NCBI GenBank assembly: GCA_041736155.1
Contig: JBGSUL010000032.1
Span: forward strand, 166,479-230,478
Direction: 5' to 3'
Length of the DNA: 64,000 nucleotides
Source: Bdellovibrionales bacterium
GTDB taxonomy: Bacteria; Bdellovibrionota; Bdellovibrionia; Bdellovibrionales; JAGQZY01
Below are positions 50,286 to 60,507 of this stretch, piece by piece (position 1 is the stretch's first letter; every line of letters begins with the position of its first letter). Both the position numbers and the translations under genes were made by a program. The notes beneath the pieces are model-generated. The model searched no databases, was not told where the DNA came from, and saw nothing but the letters and a program-made list of their open reading frames with translations.

Positions 50286-51264
50286 GAACCCACTCGACAA
50301 TTGCTTTGGGAGACGAGGAAAGTCCAGTTACAACCACATCATTGCCGCTTTTTTCGATGGCGTAGATTTTTTCCAGCGGTGTCGCCACCGACCACACAAC
50401 TTGTGGCGAAGTTTTTCGACTCAGATCTAGCAAGGCCACTCGAGACTCCCGACCATGACGGGAAATGGCGCCGATATAAAGGGATCGCCCGTCATCTGAA
50501 AGTAGAAAACTTTGAAAGATAAAATTGGCACCGTTAACAAATTGGGCCTGCACCTGATACATGATATGACCTAAGTAGAACTCGCTTCTCTCGGGGAATG
50601 TTTCCCAGCCTAAATGATCCGCTTCCATAACCAGCAAGCTGTCTTCTTGCTCATTGAGTGTGGCCATCTTTAAAACTTGTTCAAGAAGCTGAGTGATTAA
50701 GACATCTCCTGCAAAGTTGAGAACCCAAAGTTGGGATGGAAAAAAGCGGTGAACGTCCATTTGGAGATCATTTTGCAGACGCGTGGACTCTTCGCTGGCA
50801 ACGATAAGATGATTGTTAGCCACAGATACAATTCTTAGAAGATACCCAGTATGTGCGATCCCGAGATCATACAAATTGATCTCTTTTACAAGACGACGCG
50901 TGGAAGTTTCGTAAACATACAGAATATGGTTGGAAGAGTGCCCAATGATATGTAATCCGTCTTTGCTCAGAAAAAATTCGCTAAAAACATCTTTAGGTTT
51001 GTGATCAAGAAAATACCACGGAAACCAATGTGTAGATTTATTGATCTTGTCCCACCAAAAACGCAAGTGCGGAGAGGCTTCAAGGTCACTTGCAGAGAGG
51101 GGCTTAACAAAACGAACAAAAGGCAATGGAACACCGGCGAGATGGGAAACAGGCGTTACCGCCGGAAAAAGATCGCGGCATTGCAACTCATCGGCATAGG
51201 CCCACGAACTCATCCCTATTAAAAATGTGCATAGGAAACATTTAAATATGTACAAAAACCCCAA
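50269..51264 (-). CDS. Secreted hypothetical protein (possibly beta-propeller-like)
   Basis: 331 aa with a signal-like MGFLYIFKCFLCTFLIGMSSWAYA and strand-rich repeats. Its 3' end overlaps the ctaA end by 17 nt (convergent). Confidence 0.65.
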   Translation of the reverse strand: MGFLYIFKCFLCTFLIGMSSWAYADELQCRDLFPAVTPVSHLAGVPLPFVRFVKPLSASDLEASPHLRFWWDKINKSTHWFPWYFLDHKPKDVFSEFFLSKDGLHIIGHSSNHILYVYETSTRRLVKEINLYDLGIAHTGYLLRIVSVANNHLIVASEESTRLQNDLQMDVHRFFPSQLWVLNFAGDVLITQLLEQVLKMATLNEQEDSLLVMEADHLGWETFPERSEFYLGHIMYQVQAQFVNGANFIFQSFLLSDDGRSLYIGAISRHGRESRVALLDLSRKTSPQVVWSVATPLEKIYAIEKSGNDVVVTGLSSSPKAIVEWVLTPPQ

Positions 51265-51341
51265 CCCCCAGGACGAGAGTTAAGCGGCGCCTTTGAAACA
51301 GTCAAAATATAAAGATCACGACAAGGGAGTGTGTAAATAAT

Positions 51342-51998
51342 TCACGGTTCGAAGTCGGGCTGACGCTCAGGGGAGGCGCGAATAAAATCAGTGAGTTTAA
51401 GACAGCGCTCATTGATCTCTGCACATCGTGGATAGGCCGATAAATCAATTTTGAAACGAAGCGAGCTAAAAATCTGCGGAACGAGAAAACAATCGGCCAT
51501 TGTAATTTGATCACCCACACAGTATTTACCTGAGGAAACATTCAAAATATCTTCGAGAGCTTGTAATCCGTTATGGATCCAATGCTGTAGCCAACGGGTG
51601 CGGTCTTCCGGCGAGAGGCCAAAATCTTTTTCCAAAAACTGGGTAATACTTAAATTTTGCAAAGGTTGAATGCCGCTATTCACCACTTCGCAGATTTGTC
51701 TTACGAGCGCGCGCTCTTTGTGTCCTCGTGGGAGAAGCGGGGGATTGGGAAATTCTTCTTCGAGGTATTCGAGAATGGCCATGGACTGACCCATGATCGT
51801 ATTGCCATCAACCAGTGTGGGTACTTGGCGTGAGGGGTTGAGCAAGGCATATTTTTCACTGTTTTGTTGGCCCCCCTCTTTCAGGAGATGCACCGGCACC
51901 AGGCTGTAGGGAATGCCCTTGAGGTTGAGAGCTATACGCACACGGTAAGCACAGGAGCTACGAAAATAAGAATAAAGAAGTAACGGTTGGTCAGCCAT
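51342..51998 (-). CDS. maiA: Maleylacetoacetate isomerase (zeta-class GST)
   Basis: 218 aa with LYSYFRSSCAYRVRIALNLKGIPY and LNPSRQVPTLV, both typical of zeta GST. Confidence 0.88.
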   Translation of the reverse strand: MADQPLLLYSYFRSSCAYRVRIALNLKGIPYSLVPVHLLKEGGQQNSEKYALLNPSRQVPTLVDGNTIMGQSMAILEYLEEEFPNPPLLPRGHKERALVRQICEVVNSGIQPLQNLSITQFLEKDFGLSPEDRTRWLQHWIHNGLQALEDILNVSSGKYCVGDQITMADCFLVPQIFSSLRFKIDLSAYPRCAEINERCLKLTDFIRASPERQPDFEP

Positions 51999-52109
51999 AG
52001 TCTGGCATAATAACGATCGTGTAGGAGCGACGCAATAAAAAGATGACTTCTCGGCTTCAAAAGATGTATGCCAATGAGATAAGCTGCGCTGCTGTGCAAG
52101 GAGATATTT

Positions 52110-53096
52110 ATGAAATTAGGTACTCTTAAAACCAATGAATGGGGCGATGGACAACTGGTGGTTGTCAGTCGTGACAATAAAAATTATCTGCCTGTGCCGA
52201 GCATAGCGACGAGCTTGCGTGAAGCTGTGGAAAAATGGACCGTGTGTAAACCGCAATTGGAAAAAGTCTATCACGACTTGTCTGCCGGGATGATTCCCGA
52301 TGCTCCACCCGTCGATGAAAATATATTTCATTCGCCGTTGCCACGAAGTTTTCAGTGGGCCGATGGTTCTGCTTTTTTATACCACGTGAAATTAGTGCGT
52401 ATGGCACGAAATGCTCCAATGCCAGAATCTTTGTCGCAAGTGCCGCTGATGTATCAAGGTGGAAGTGATAATTTTCTCGCACCACGTGAAGATATTCCTC
52501 AGGTAGATTTTTCGCACGGGACGGATTTCGAAGGCGAAGTGGGTGTGATTACCGACTTCGTTCCAATGGGCAGCACGCCCCAAGAGTGTTTAGATAAAAT
52601 TCTTCTTTTTGTTATCGTTAACGATGTTTCTTTGCGGGGGCTGATTCCCGAAGAGCTCGTGACCGGGTTTGGATTTTTCCACGGTAAACCGTCCTCAGCG
52701 TTTGCGCCCTTTTCTGTGACTGCGGATGAGTTGGGAACAGCGTGGAAGGACGGTCGCATACATTTACCTTTATTGGTGGAATACAATGGTGAGTTTTTTG
52801 GCAAAGCCAATGCGGGCTCCATGCACTTTCATTTTGGTGAACTGATTGCTCATGCAGCAAAAACACGTCACCTGATGCCAGGGACTATCATTGGCAGCGG
52901 CACCGTCTCTAACGAAGAGCCCGGCATGGGCTCCAGTTGTTTAGCAGAACTTCGCATGATCGAGAAACTGAACGAAGGCGCGATCAAAACACCGTTTATG
53001 AAGGTAGGCGATACCATTAAAATTGAGATGCGTAATGAAAACGGACAAAATATTTTTGGAACGATCCTGCAAAAAGTCGTAAAGTATCCTAAATGA
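52110..53096 (+). CDS. Fumarylacetoacetate hydrolase family protein
   Basis: 328 aa with an FAH-fold C-terminal domain (DFEGEVGVITD, GTIIGSGTVSN). Divergent from maiA. Confidence 0.8.
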   Translation: MKLGTLKTNEWGDGQLVVVSRDNKNYLPVPSIATSLREAVEKWTVCKPQLEKVYHDLSAGMIPDAPPVDENIFHSPLPRSFQWADGSAFLYHVKLVRMARNAPMPESLSQVPLMYQGGSDNFLAPREDIPQVDFSHGTDFEGEVGVITDFVPMGSTPQECLDKILLFVIVNDVSLRGLIPEELVTGFGFFHGKPSSAFAPFSVTADELGTAWKDGRIHLPLLVEYNGEFFGKANAGSMHFHFGELIAHAAKTRHLMPGTIIGSGTVSNEEPGMGSSCLAELRMIEKLNEGAIKTPFMKVGDTIKIEMRNENGQNIFGTILQKVVKYPK

Positions 53097-53986
53097 AGCT
53101 ATTTCAAGTCGTCAGTAATGGAAAAAAATTAGAAGTTTTGTTGACGGAAACGCTCAATCAAATGCGTTACTTATTGCGCTCAAAACCGGAGGATATCCTC
53201 GCCGAGGCCTCTGTTTATTTGCGTGAGAAGAAAATTGTACGCCATCATATCGCCGTGAAAAAAGGTACAGTGGTGTCGATTTTAGTTCCCGATCGTTTTC
53301 TTTTGAAACCGTGCTTTGAATTAACAAAGGATCATATTGTTTACGAAGACAGCGATGTGATCATAGTCGATAAACCCTCGGGTTTGCCTACTCAGTCGAC
53401 ACAAAAGCCTGGGGAAGATCATCTCTACAGTGCGACGATTGCTTATCTCACAGAAAAAAATATCTCGAAGTTGGCTTATGTGGGCTTACACCATCGTTTG
53501 GATCGCGACACATCGGGTTTGGTTTTGATGACCAAAAAATCTTCGGCCAATAAATCGATTTCGGATCAATTTAAAGATAAGAAAATTATAAAAAAATACC
53601 GAGCCATTGTTGAGGGTGAAGTGCCTAAACAAAAACGCTGGAAAGTGGAAGCTCCCCTTCGTCGTCTGTTTGAGAGCAAAACATTCCGATTTGGCATAGA
53701 TCATAAAAAAGGTGATGAAGCGACGACGTTATTTGAATACCAAAAAGCGTTGGTCAACAATCATCATTTGATTGAATGTCAGCCGATCACCGGACGAACT
53801 CATCAAATTCGTATCCACTTAGCAAGCAGTCAACTGCCCATTATCGGGGATCGCCTCTATGGAGTAAACAGCGATGTGCGGATGCAACTTCATGCGTACC
53901 GGTTACAGCTGATTCACCCGATTACCGGGAAAGCTATGGATGTGGTTTCGCAAAGACAGCTCGAGCTAGAACTATTGCCTAACTAA
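53093..53986 (+). CDS. RluA-family pseudouridine synthase
   Basis: 297 aa with catalytic motif GLHHRLDRDTSGLVLMTK and GRTHQIRIHL. ATGA overlap with the upstream stop. Confidence 0.85.
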   Translation: MKLFQVVSNGKKLEVLLTETLNQMRYLLRSKPEDILAEASVYLREKKIVRHHIAVKKGTVVSILVPDRFLLKPCFELTKDHIVYEDSDVIIVDKPSGLPTQSTQKPGEDHLYSATIAYLTEKNISKLAYVGLHHRLDRDTSGLVLMTKKSSANKSISDQFKDKKIIKKYRAIVEGEVPKQKRWKVEAPLRRLFESKTFRFGIDHKKGDEATTLFEYQKALVNNHHLIECQPITGRTHQIRIHLASSQLPIIGDRLYGVNSDVRMQLHAYRLQLIHPITGKAMDVVSQRQLELELLPN

Positions 53987-54000
53987 GAGCCTGTTGAGAA

Positions 54001-54408
54001 TTATTTTTTCTTGACCGGTTTTGCTTTTACAGAGTTTTGGCAGATTTCAGAAAATTGCACTTCGTGATAAAGCTTTTTCTTAGAATCACAATAAACTCGG
54101 CCCTCTGGATTGTTACTGCTTTTCACGGCATCCCAAGCGTAATGGGCAATTTTAATATATGTATCGTTCATCACCGTGTCTTTGTCATTGGGATCAAAAT
54201 CACAAACCGGAAAGTTGAACTGGGCTTCGCGTACATTCTTACTTTTTTTACAGTCGACCTTGACCACGATTTCGTAGGGCTGACTGGCGGGCTCGGCCTC
54301 TAAGCGCTCTTTGCGATCGATACTGATTTTTAAAAGGCTATTTTCCAGGACTCTCGTCTGGTATTGGCCTGCAAAAAGAAAACTTATCATAAGAATGACA
54401 TAAAACAT
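54001..54408 (-). CDS. Hypothetical exported/membrane-anchored protein
   Basis: 135 aa with hydrophobic N-terminus MFYVILMISFLFAG and several Cys. No family recognised. Confidence 0.55.
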   Translation of the reverse strand: MFYVILMISFLFAGQYQTRVLENSLLKISIDRKERLEAEPASQPYEIVVKVDCKKSKNVREAQFNFPVCDFDPNDKDTVMNDTYIKIAHYAWDAVKSSNNPEGRVYCDSKKKLYHEVQFSEICQNSVKAKPVKKK

Positions 54409-54496
54409 GAGTGACCCCTTGGACTTTGTTTTAGTTTAGAGTGTGAGAGACACAAATCAAGTGGAAGGTGAGAGGTCTCTGCTTTAATCTAGAGAG

Positions 54497-55249
54497 ATGA
54501 AGTCACTTTTATTTTTTTCGTGTCTTATGTGCGTTGCTTTTAACGCTTTTGGCGATGAAGCTACAGATTCTAATACTTTTATCGGCGGTCCTATGGCGGG
54601 CGGAGAGATTTCTTCTTCGACACCACAGCAAGAAGAAGTTGTGCAACCCACGCAACCACGAACCCCAGCTCCACAACGTGGAGGAGGCGGGGGACCACGT
54701 CGTACGCTCTCTTCTAGCAATCTTTGCAACTCAGGGCTTTCCATAGAATCAACCCCAGAGACACCAACTGCGAATGGACGTGGAGTGGCAACTTGCGAAA
54801 TGATGTTGGACGATCAGTTTGCAGAGGCTTTGCAAAAATATATTCCTCTTTGTGCAAAAAGTGCCGCAGCTTCGCAGCACTGGGCTATTCCTACGCACGT
54901 GACGGTTCAGCAAATGGGTGGTTTTGCGGATCGCAAAATCAATACTCCCTCAGGTGAGGGCGACAGTTGGAGTCGCCACTCTGTGGGAAAAGCTCTGGAT
55001 ATCTCGGCGCTGATCATGAACCATGGCGGCCCTTCCTACAAAATTGATTTAACTGATCGCACGCAAAATCAAAGTTTTTATGATGCCTTTCGTACCTGTT
55101 GGGATAATTCCATGAAGAGTTTTCTTGGGCAAAATTGCACCTGCTCCATTGGTCATCCTCACACGCATCCGCCATCGAACGAGCTCCACAACAATCACAT
55201 GCATATTTCTTTGACGTGTCCAACACAACCAAACGTGGCTGGGTGTTAG
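54497..55249 (+). CDS. Secreted protein with extensin-like C-terminal / LAS-type (M15-like) zinc-peptidase signature
   Basis: 250 aa with signal peptide MKSLLFFSCLMCVAFNAFG and a Pro/Gly-rich linker. SRHSVGKALDISA ... HNNHMHISL resembles the H-x-x-G-x-A-x-D ... H-x-H LAS pattern. Confidence 0.45.
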   Translation: MKSLLFFSCLMCVAFNAFGDEATDSNTFIGGPMAGGEISSSTPQQEEVVQPTQPRTPAPQRGGGGGPRRTLSSSNLCNSGLSIESTPETPTANGRGVATCEMMLDDQFAEALQKYIPLCAKSAAASQHWAIPTHVTVQQMGGFADRKINTPSGEGDSWSRHSVGKALDISALIMNHGGPSYKIDLTDRTQNQSFYDAFRTCWDNSMKSFLGQNCTCSIGHPHTHPPSNELHNNHMHISLTCPTQPNVAGC

Positions 55250-55266
55250 AGTCCATCTAATCGTTG

Positions 55267-57039
55267 CTAAACTATGATTTCTTTCGACTCTTGATCTTCC
55301 ATCAAGATGCTTTCCAGTTCTTGCACTGCTTTGGTGGTGTAGGAGCGAAATTCATTTTCATCTTCGCGTAGTTCATATTGCTTTTGCAAAAGCTTTTCAT
55401 CATATGCACGAAAACGCTCGATGGCTTTGAGGACAGTGCCCTCTGGACGTCCGCGCTTAATCATCACTTCTTTGGCCACTTCCAAACTGGTCATGTAAGT
55501 TTCGCGATGAATCGAGGTAATGCCCAACTCCATCAGATCGATGGCGTGTTGGCGATTGCGAGCACGAGCAATAATATCGAGATGGGGAAAGTGTGTCCGC
55601 GCCATTCTGGCCGCAGCCACAGAACTATCGGGATCATCAATAGCTAGGACCAAGTATTTCGCTCTTTTCGCCCCGGCAGATTCGAGTATGTCTCTGCGAG
55701 AGGCATCGCCATAATAAACTTTGTTGCCAAAACGACGCGCGGTTTCTACCTGCTGTGCATTTTGTTCGAGAACGGTGTAAACCACATTTTCTGCATTGAG
55801 AAAACGCACAACGATTTGTCCAAAGCGGCCAAAGCCGGCGACAATGACTTCCACATTGGTGGGAGGGATTTGGTCGTAGGGACGCTCAGAAATTTCTGAG
55901 AACTTGCGGAGATATTTTTGGTTGAAAGCGAAAAGAAAAGGAGTCACGGCCATACTCAGTGTGACGGAAGCATTGAGTAGGGAGGCAGATTCCGCATCCA
56001 TTAAACCTTGTCCTAGCGCCGTACTAAAAAGAACAAAGGCAAATTCCCCGCCGAGGGCCAAGTTGACGGCAATGTTTTTTGCAGTTTCTTTTCCGCGATG
56101 AAGAACTCGTGCCAAAAAATAGAGGACAAACGCTTTAAAAGCCATAAACGAAGCAGTGATGGCAAAAATCCATTGCGGTTGCTGGGCGAGAATCTGGAGA
56201 TCTAGAGACATCCCCACGGCCATAAAAAAGAGTCCCAACAAAAGCCCCTTAAACGGCGCAAGAGTGACCTCAAGCTCATGGCGGTACTCTGAGTTCGCTA
56301 ATAACACTCCTGCAAGGAAAGCGCCTGTGGCCATGGACAATCCCGTGGATTCAAGGAGTAGTCCCGTACCGACGACAATCAACAGCGCCATGGCAGTGAA
56401 GATTTCTGGAGTGTCGGCATCAACGATCAAACGGAGGGCATGGCGAATTAAATAATGTCCCGCAAAGATCAGAGCGAGAATGACGCCAATTCCCTTAAGT
56501 ATAGCCAGAAAGTCGAGACCTTGGCTCGATGGAGCGAAAAAAGCCAGAGAGGATACAATGGGCACGACCGCCAGATCTTGGAACAACAGAATCGAAAAAA
56601 CGTCGCGACCATGAGAGGTATTTAATTGATTGTTGTCCTCGAGAATTTGCAAACTGAAAGCGGTGGAAGACAAGGCGAGGGCAAATCCCGCAATGTACGA
56701 AAGCGCCAAAGGGAAGCCGAGCATGAGCCCTAAGCCAGTGAATAAGCCACCGGTGAGCACCACTTGGAGAAGTCCAAGGCCAAAAATAGAATGGCGAAGT
56801 TGCCACAACTTACTCGGAGCCAGCTCAAGGCCGATAACAAAAAGAAGCAGAACAATGCCTAATTCCGAAAAATGTAGAACATCCTGAGTGCCGGAGATAA
56901 GTCCGAGAGCACTCGGGCCAATCATAATACCGGCAGAAAGATAAGCAAGTATGGATCCCAAGCCAATTTTTTGGAACAAAGGCACAAAAACCACAGCAGC
57001 CATGGCAAGGGTCGTCAGCTCAATAAGAATAGAATGCAT
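55267..57039 (-). CDS. CPA2-family K+/H+ antiporter with RCK (TrkA-N) domain, KefB/KefC-type
   Basis: 590 aa with a polytopic Na_H exchanger-like N-terminal ~380 aa and Rossmann motif VIVAGFGRFGQIVVRFL. Confidence 0.88.
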   Translation of the reverse strand: MHSILIELTTLAMAAVVFVPLFQKIGLGSILAYLSAGIMIGPSALGLISGTQDVLHFSELGIVLLLFVIGLELAPSKLWQLRHSIFGLGLLQVVLTGGLFTGLGLMLGFPLALSYIAGFALALSSTAFSLQILEDNNQLNTSHGRDVFSILLFQDLAVVPIVSSLAFFAPSSQGLDFLAILKGIGVILALIFAGHYLIRHALRLIVDADTPEIFTAMALLIVVGTGLLLESTGLSMATGAFLAGVLLANSEYRHELEVTLAPFKGLLLGLFFMAVGMSLDLQILAQQPQWIFAITASFMAFKAFVLYFLARVLHRGKETAKNIAVNLALGGEFAFVLFSTALGQGLMDAESASLLNASVTLSMAVTPFLFAFNQKYLRKFSEISERPYDQIPPTNVEVIVAGFGRFGQIVVRFLNAENVVYTVLEQNAQQVETARRFGNKVYYGDASRRDILESAGAKRAKYLVLAIDDPDSSVAAARMARTHFPHLDIIARARNRQHAIDLMELGITSIHRETYMTSLEVAKEVMIKRGRPEGTVLKAIERFRAYDEKLLQKQYELREDENEFRSYTTKAVQELESILMEDQESKEIIV

Positions 57040-57171
57040 AATTTCCCCTTTTTGAAGAGCTTCATTATGCTCTCTGGAAGATGGAAAGTAAAAATGAAAA
57101 TAAAGAAGATTTTTTTCATATTTACTTATGAAAGACAGATGAGAGAGAATAGAAGAATCTAAGGAGTATTT

Positions 57172-57759
57172 ATGCCGTCTTGTTGTCGTGTCGTTTTAAC
57201 AGGTGGTCCTGGTGGCGGAAAAACCACGGCAGCCGATCTTTATCGTCGTGAAATCGGCGACGATGTTGTCGTTGTGCCCGAGGCAGCCACCCTTTTGTAT
57301 CTTGGAGGATTTCCTCGCCTCGGAGAGAACGGTGTAAGAATGGCCACTCAGCGTGCCATCTACCAAGTGCAAATGAATTTAGAAGACGCCCAATCAGCTC
57401 ACTACAAGTCGCGAGTCCTTCTCTGTGACCGCGGAACAGTGGATGGGGCGGCATATTGGCCAGGCGAGAGTGCTGATTTCTTCTCTCACATGCAGACAAC
57501 CCTCGAGAAAGAGTTAAGTCGCTATGATGCTGTTCTATTTTTCGAAACCGCGGCTGTTGGAGGAGTTTCCATTGAGGGCGGGAATCCCACGCGTCGAGAA
57601 TCTTTGGAAGAAGCTCTTAAAATTGATCAACGCCTGAAAGACCTCTGGTCGCAGCACCCCAACTTTGTGTTTATTCCGCACCAACATTCGTTTCTCAAAA
57701 AAGTACATTTGGGCCTTACACAACTGGCGAGGATTGTAAGCCACGCTCAGAAACGGTAG
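57172..57759 (+). CDS. Small AAA/P-loop ATPase (NadR-like AAA_28 type)
   Basis: 195 aa with Walker A VVLTGGPGGGKTT and Walker B-like VLLCDRG. Confidence 0.7.
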   Translation: MPSCCRVVLTGGPGGGKTTAADLYRREIGDDVVVVPEAATLLYLGGFPRLGENGVRMATQRAIYQVQMNLEDAQSAHYKSRVLLCDRGTVDGAAYWPGESADFFSHMQTTLEKELSRYDAVLFFETAAVGGVSIEGGNPTRRESLEEALKIDQRLKDLWSQHPNFVFIPHQHSFLKKVHLGLTQLARIVSHAQKR

Positions 57760-57868
57760 GGTGGCAGCGGTGTCCATTTCCTTGTTAACTTTCCAAAACA
57801 TCGTTTCTTTTTTTCAACATTGAAAAAACAACTGATTTCATGAGAAGTTAGTATGTCATAACGTCTTT

Positions 57869-59692
57869 ATGTCCTCCTCCTCCTCTGCAAAACTATTTCT
57901 GTTAATACTCCTTATCTTCAACTCTACGCGGGTACTTGCAATATCCTGTAAAGATCTTTTTGTTATCGACGGCGAAGCACACCCTTCTCTCAGTTCTACT
58001 CAACTTCAAAAACTGCAAAGATTACAAACGGAACTCGATTCCATCGAAAATAACATTCGTTGGATTAAGGAACGTTATTGGACAATACGAGGAGTACCTC
58101 GAGCGGTTGGTTTTTTTGAGTTTTTAAAAGCAGACTACCGTAAAGAACAGAGACTGTTAACAGAGCACTTTAAACAGGCAAAAGCATTGCACGAACAAAC
58201 CATTGCTGAGCTGACCATCCTTCTTCCTGACATGAAAAGTTGGATGTCTGAGGAGGCTCTGTATCGCTCTGATCTTCGCTGGCAGAAAATTTTGGATCAA
58301 TTCGAAGTGATTGTTCCTGAACTTCAGAAGAGCATTTCTTTGAATGAGTTTAGAGAAATTTCTCAGTTTAAAAGACTCATTGCGCGCGCGACAAGTTACC
58401 AGAAAACCGTGGAGCAAATATTACGAGGGAAGCATCCCAAACAAGGGATTCAAAATATTGAAGGCTTACGACAACCTTTTTTTAACATAATCAGTGAAGT
58501 CCTGTGGGCATATTCAAAAGTTTCCATGGAATTATCAAAGGTTGATACTCCCGAAGCGCAAGCTCTCTTGAAACAGATAAAGAAAAACACAGAAATTATT
58601 TTTCTTGAGCTCGCAGTTCAAAATTTTTCTCTTCTGGCAAATAACGACTCTCCCTCACCGTATCTGTCACGCTGGTATTTTTTGCACTGGCAATTTGTCA
58701 TGAAAACATTGCCACATAGTCCAGCGATAGAACATTCCGTAGCATTAATGAGAGAGAGTCTATTTTTTGAAAAGGATCTTGAGGAGCCAACGATCGAGGA
58801 AGCTTCCGCTATTTTCAATCTTGTTAACTTTAAAAATTCTGTAACTGCAGAAAGGGATTCACAGCAATTGGCGCTCGGCGAACAAAAAGTTTGGAGTCAC
58901 TTATCCAAATTAGGAGACTTGATACAAAAATTTGATCTTTCTCTCAGCGAGACCCGTCGACGAACAGTTGCAGATCGAATCATTGACCTCATGATTTCCG
59001 CTGAGCTTAATGAACTCAGTCATCTTCCTGCTAAAGATAGACTTTCGCATCAAGCGCGTTTAGAGGCGGCGGCGCACGCACTGCTCACGCTCAAGGGCCA
59101 TTGGACTTTGGAATATACATGGATTATCTCGCAAGCTTTCCGAGAATCTTCCGACGGCTTAACTCTGATCGAACCCAGAGATATTTTAGTCGAACCAGTT
59201 TATCGAAGACCAATTGATGCCCAAACTCTTGGCGTTAGATATAATTTTAAAAAACTCGAAGATATAATGACAACTGTCAGAGAATTAGGTGTTGCGGGCT
59301 CTTCCCAACAAATTATCAGTGGGTATCAATCCCTTATCACCATCGTGCGTGATGTCGTATCTTCGAACCAATTGCGCGATCTTGTTATCAACATGCAGCC
59401 TAAAACTCTTGAAATCATCGACCTTCGAGTGGGCATTTTTTCATCAACGAGTCAGGTTAACCAGCAACCGTATGTTGTGTTAGATCATAAAACGAGAGAG
59501 TCTCTTTATCTCCTCAGCGTTGCGACGGAATATTTTAAAGTCCTTTTTGAAAAATTGGCTCTCCCAGAATGGGGAGTATTATCTCCTTGGCACGACAACA
59601 AAGCCCTCTTTGGTGAGTACATATATTTGTCAAAGCAATCAGAATATTACAACCGAATGATTAACAACCTTCTGTACGCTAAAGACAAATAA
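57869..59692 (+). CDS. Large secreted helical hypothetical protein
   Basis: 607 aa with signal-like MSSSSSAKLFLLILLIFNSTRVLA. AT-rich coding sequence. No family recognised. Confidence 0.7.
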   Translation: MSSSSSAKLFLLILLIFNSTRVLAISCKDLFVIDGEAHPSLSSTQLQKLQRLQTELDSIENNIRWIKERYWTIRGVPRAVGFFEFLKADYRKEQRLLTEHFKQAKALHEQTIAELTILLPDMKSWMSEEALYRSDLRWQKILDQFEVIVPELQKSISLNEFREISQFKRLIARATSYQKTVEQILRGKHPKQGIQNIEGLRQPFFNIISEVLWAYSKVSMELSKVDTPEAQALLKQIKKNTEIIFLELAVQNFSLLANNDSPSPYLSRWYFLHWQFVMKTLPHSPAIEHSVALMRESLFFEKDLEEPTIEEASAIFNLVNFKNSVTAERDSQQLALGEQKVWSHLSKLGDLIQKFDLSLSETRRRTVADRIIDLMISAELNELSHLPAKDRLSHQARLEAAAHALLTLKGHWTLEYTWIISQAFRESSDGLTLIEPRDILVEPVYRRPIDAQTLGVRYNFKKLEDIMTTVRELGVAGSSQQIISGYQSLITIVRDVVSSNQLRDLVINMQPKTLEIIDLRVGIFSSTSQVNQQPYVVLDHKTRESLYLLSVATEYFKVLFEKLALPEWGVLSPWHDNKALFGEYIYLSKQSEYYNRMINNLLYAKDK

Positions 59693-59705
59693 TGTCGAAT
59701 TTTCT

Positions 59706-60434
59706 CTACTGAGGCAAACGACGCAAAAGCGAAAGAAAAATCCAAGTACTGCTGGTGATGATAACGACCGGTGCCGAACCAAACCACATGGCTGGACACC
59801 AGGGGCCGACTTGCCAGCGATACCAGAGAGCATAGATAAAAATAGCGATACCGAGAGCTAAAACTGTTTGTGGGATGGGGACTTCCTCTACGGTCACATT
59901 TCTTACGATCGGATGCACAATCAGTCCAGAAGTATGGAAAGAGTGAAGTTGTAGAGACAGTTGTTCTGCTGCAAGAAGCATCTCGCTCTGGTTCCAACTC
60001 CAGCGTCCGGTTTTTATTGAGCCGCCAGATTTACGATAAATTAAAAGATGGTAACTGTGTGGTCCTTGAGCTCTCCCAATGGTTGCGACATGGACTTTTT
60101 CGATATCGTCGAGAGAGTAGATTTGCTCTTTGCTGCGAAATAAGTTTTTTCGTTTAACAATAATGTCATTATTTTTGAGAAAAATTTCGACATCTTCGGT
60201 CCACAGAAACCCCACGACGCCACCGTAGGCAAGCAGAGAACCAAGAATAAATACTGTGTTGAAAGACCTGTGGAAAAGTTGAAGGGTGTGAGTGGAATTG
60301 GGTGATAGAAAAAGAAACAGTCCTCCTAAGATTATAATCCCGACGAACAAGACACGGGTTTTCAACGACTGAGATTCAATGAGTAAAGAAGAGGCTTGCA
60401 TGATGCTACTTATCGGAATAATCAAAATGTACAT
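59706..60434 (-). CDS. Membrane protein: 2 TM + soluble domain + 2 TM
   Basis: 242 aa. Hydrophobic pairs at both ends (VLFVGIIILGGLFLFL, FILGSLLAYGGVVGFLW, VLALGIAIFIYALW, VVIITSSTWIFLSLL) flank a ~110-aa soluble segment. Confidence 0.65.
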   Translation of the reverse strand: MYILIIPISSIMQASSLLIESQSLKTRVLFVGIIILGGLFLFLSPNSTHTLQLFHRSFNTVFILGSLLAYGGVVGFLWTEDVEIFLKNNDIIVKRKNLFRSKEQIYSLDDIEKVHVATIGRAQGPHSYHLLIYRKSGGSIKTGRWSWNQSEMLLAAEQLSLQLHSFHTSGLIVHPIVRNVTVEEVPIPQTVLALGIAIFIYALWYRWQVGPWCPAMWFGSAPVVIITSSTWIFLSLLRRLPQ

Positions 60435-60507
60435 AAGGAGACTGTCTCAAGATAAGACAGCAAGGGTTTCATCCGAGCGCGTCCTGAAATTTCGGTCCCA
60501 ACCAATG

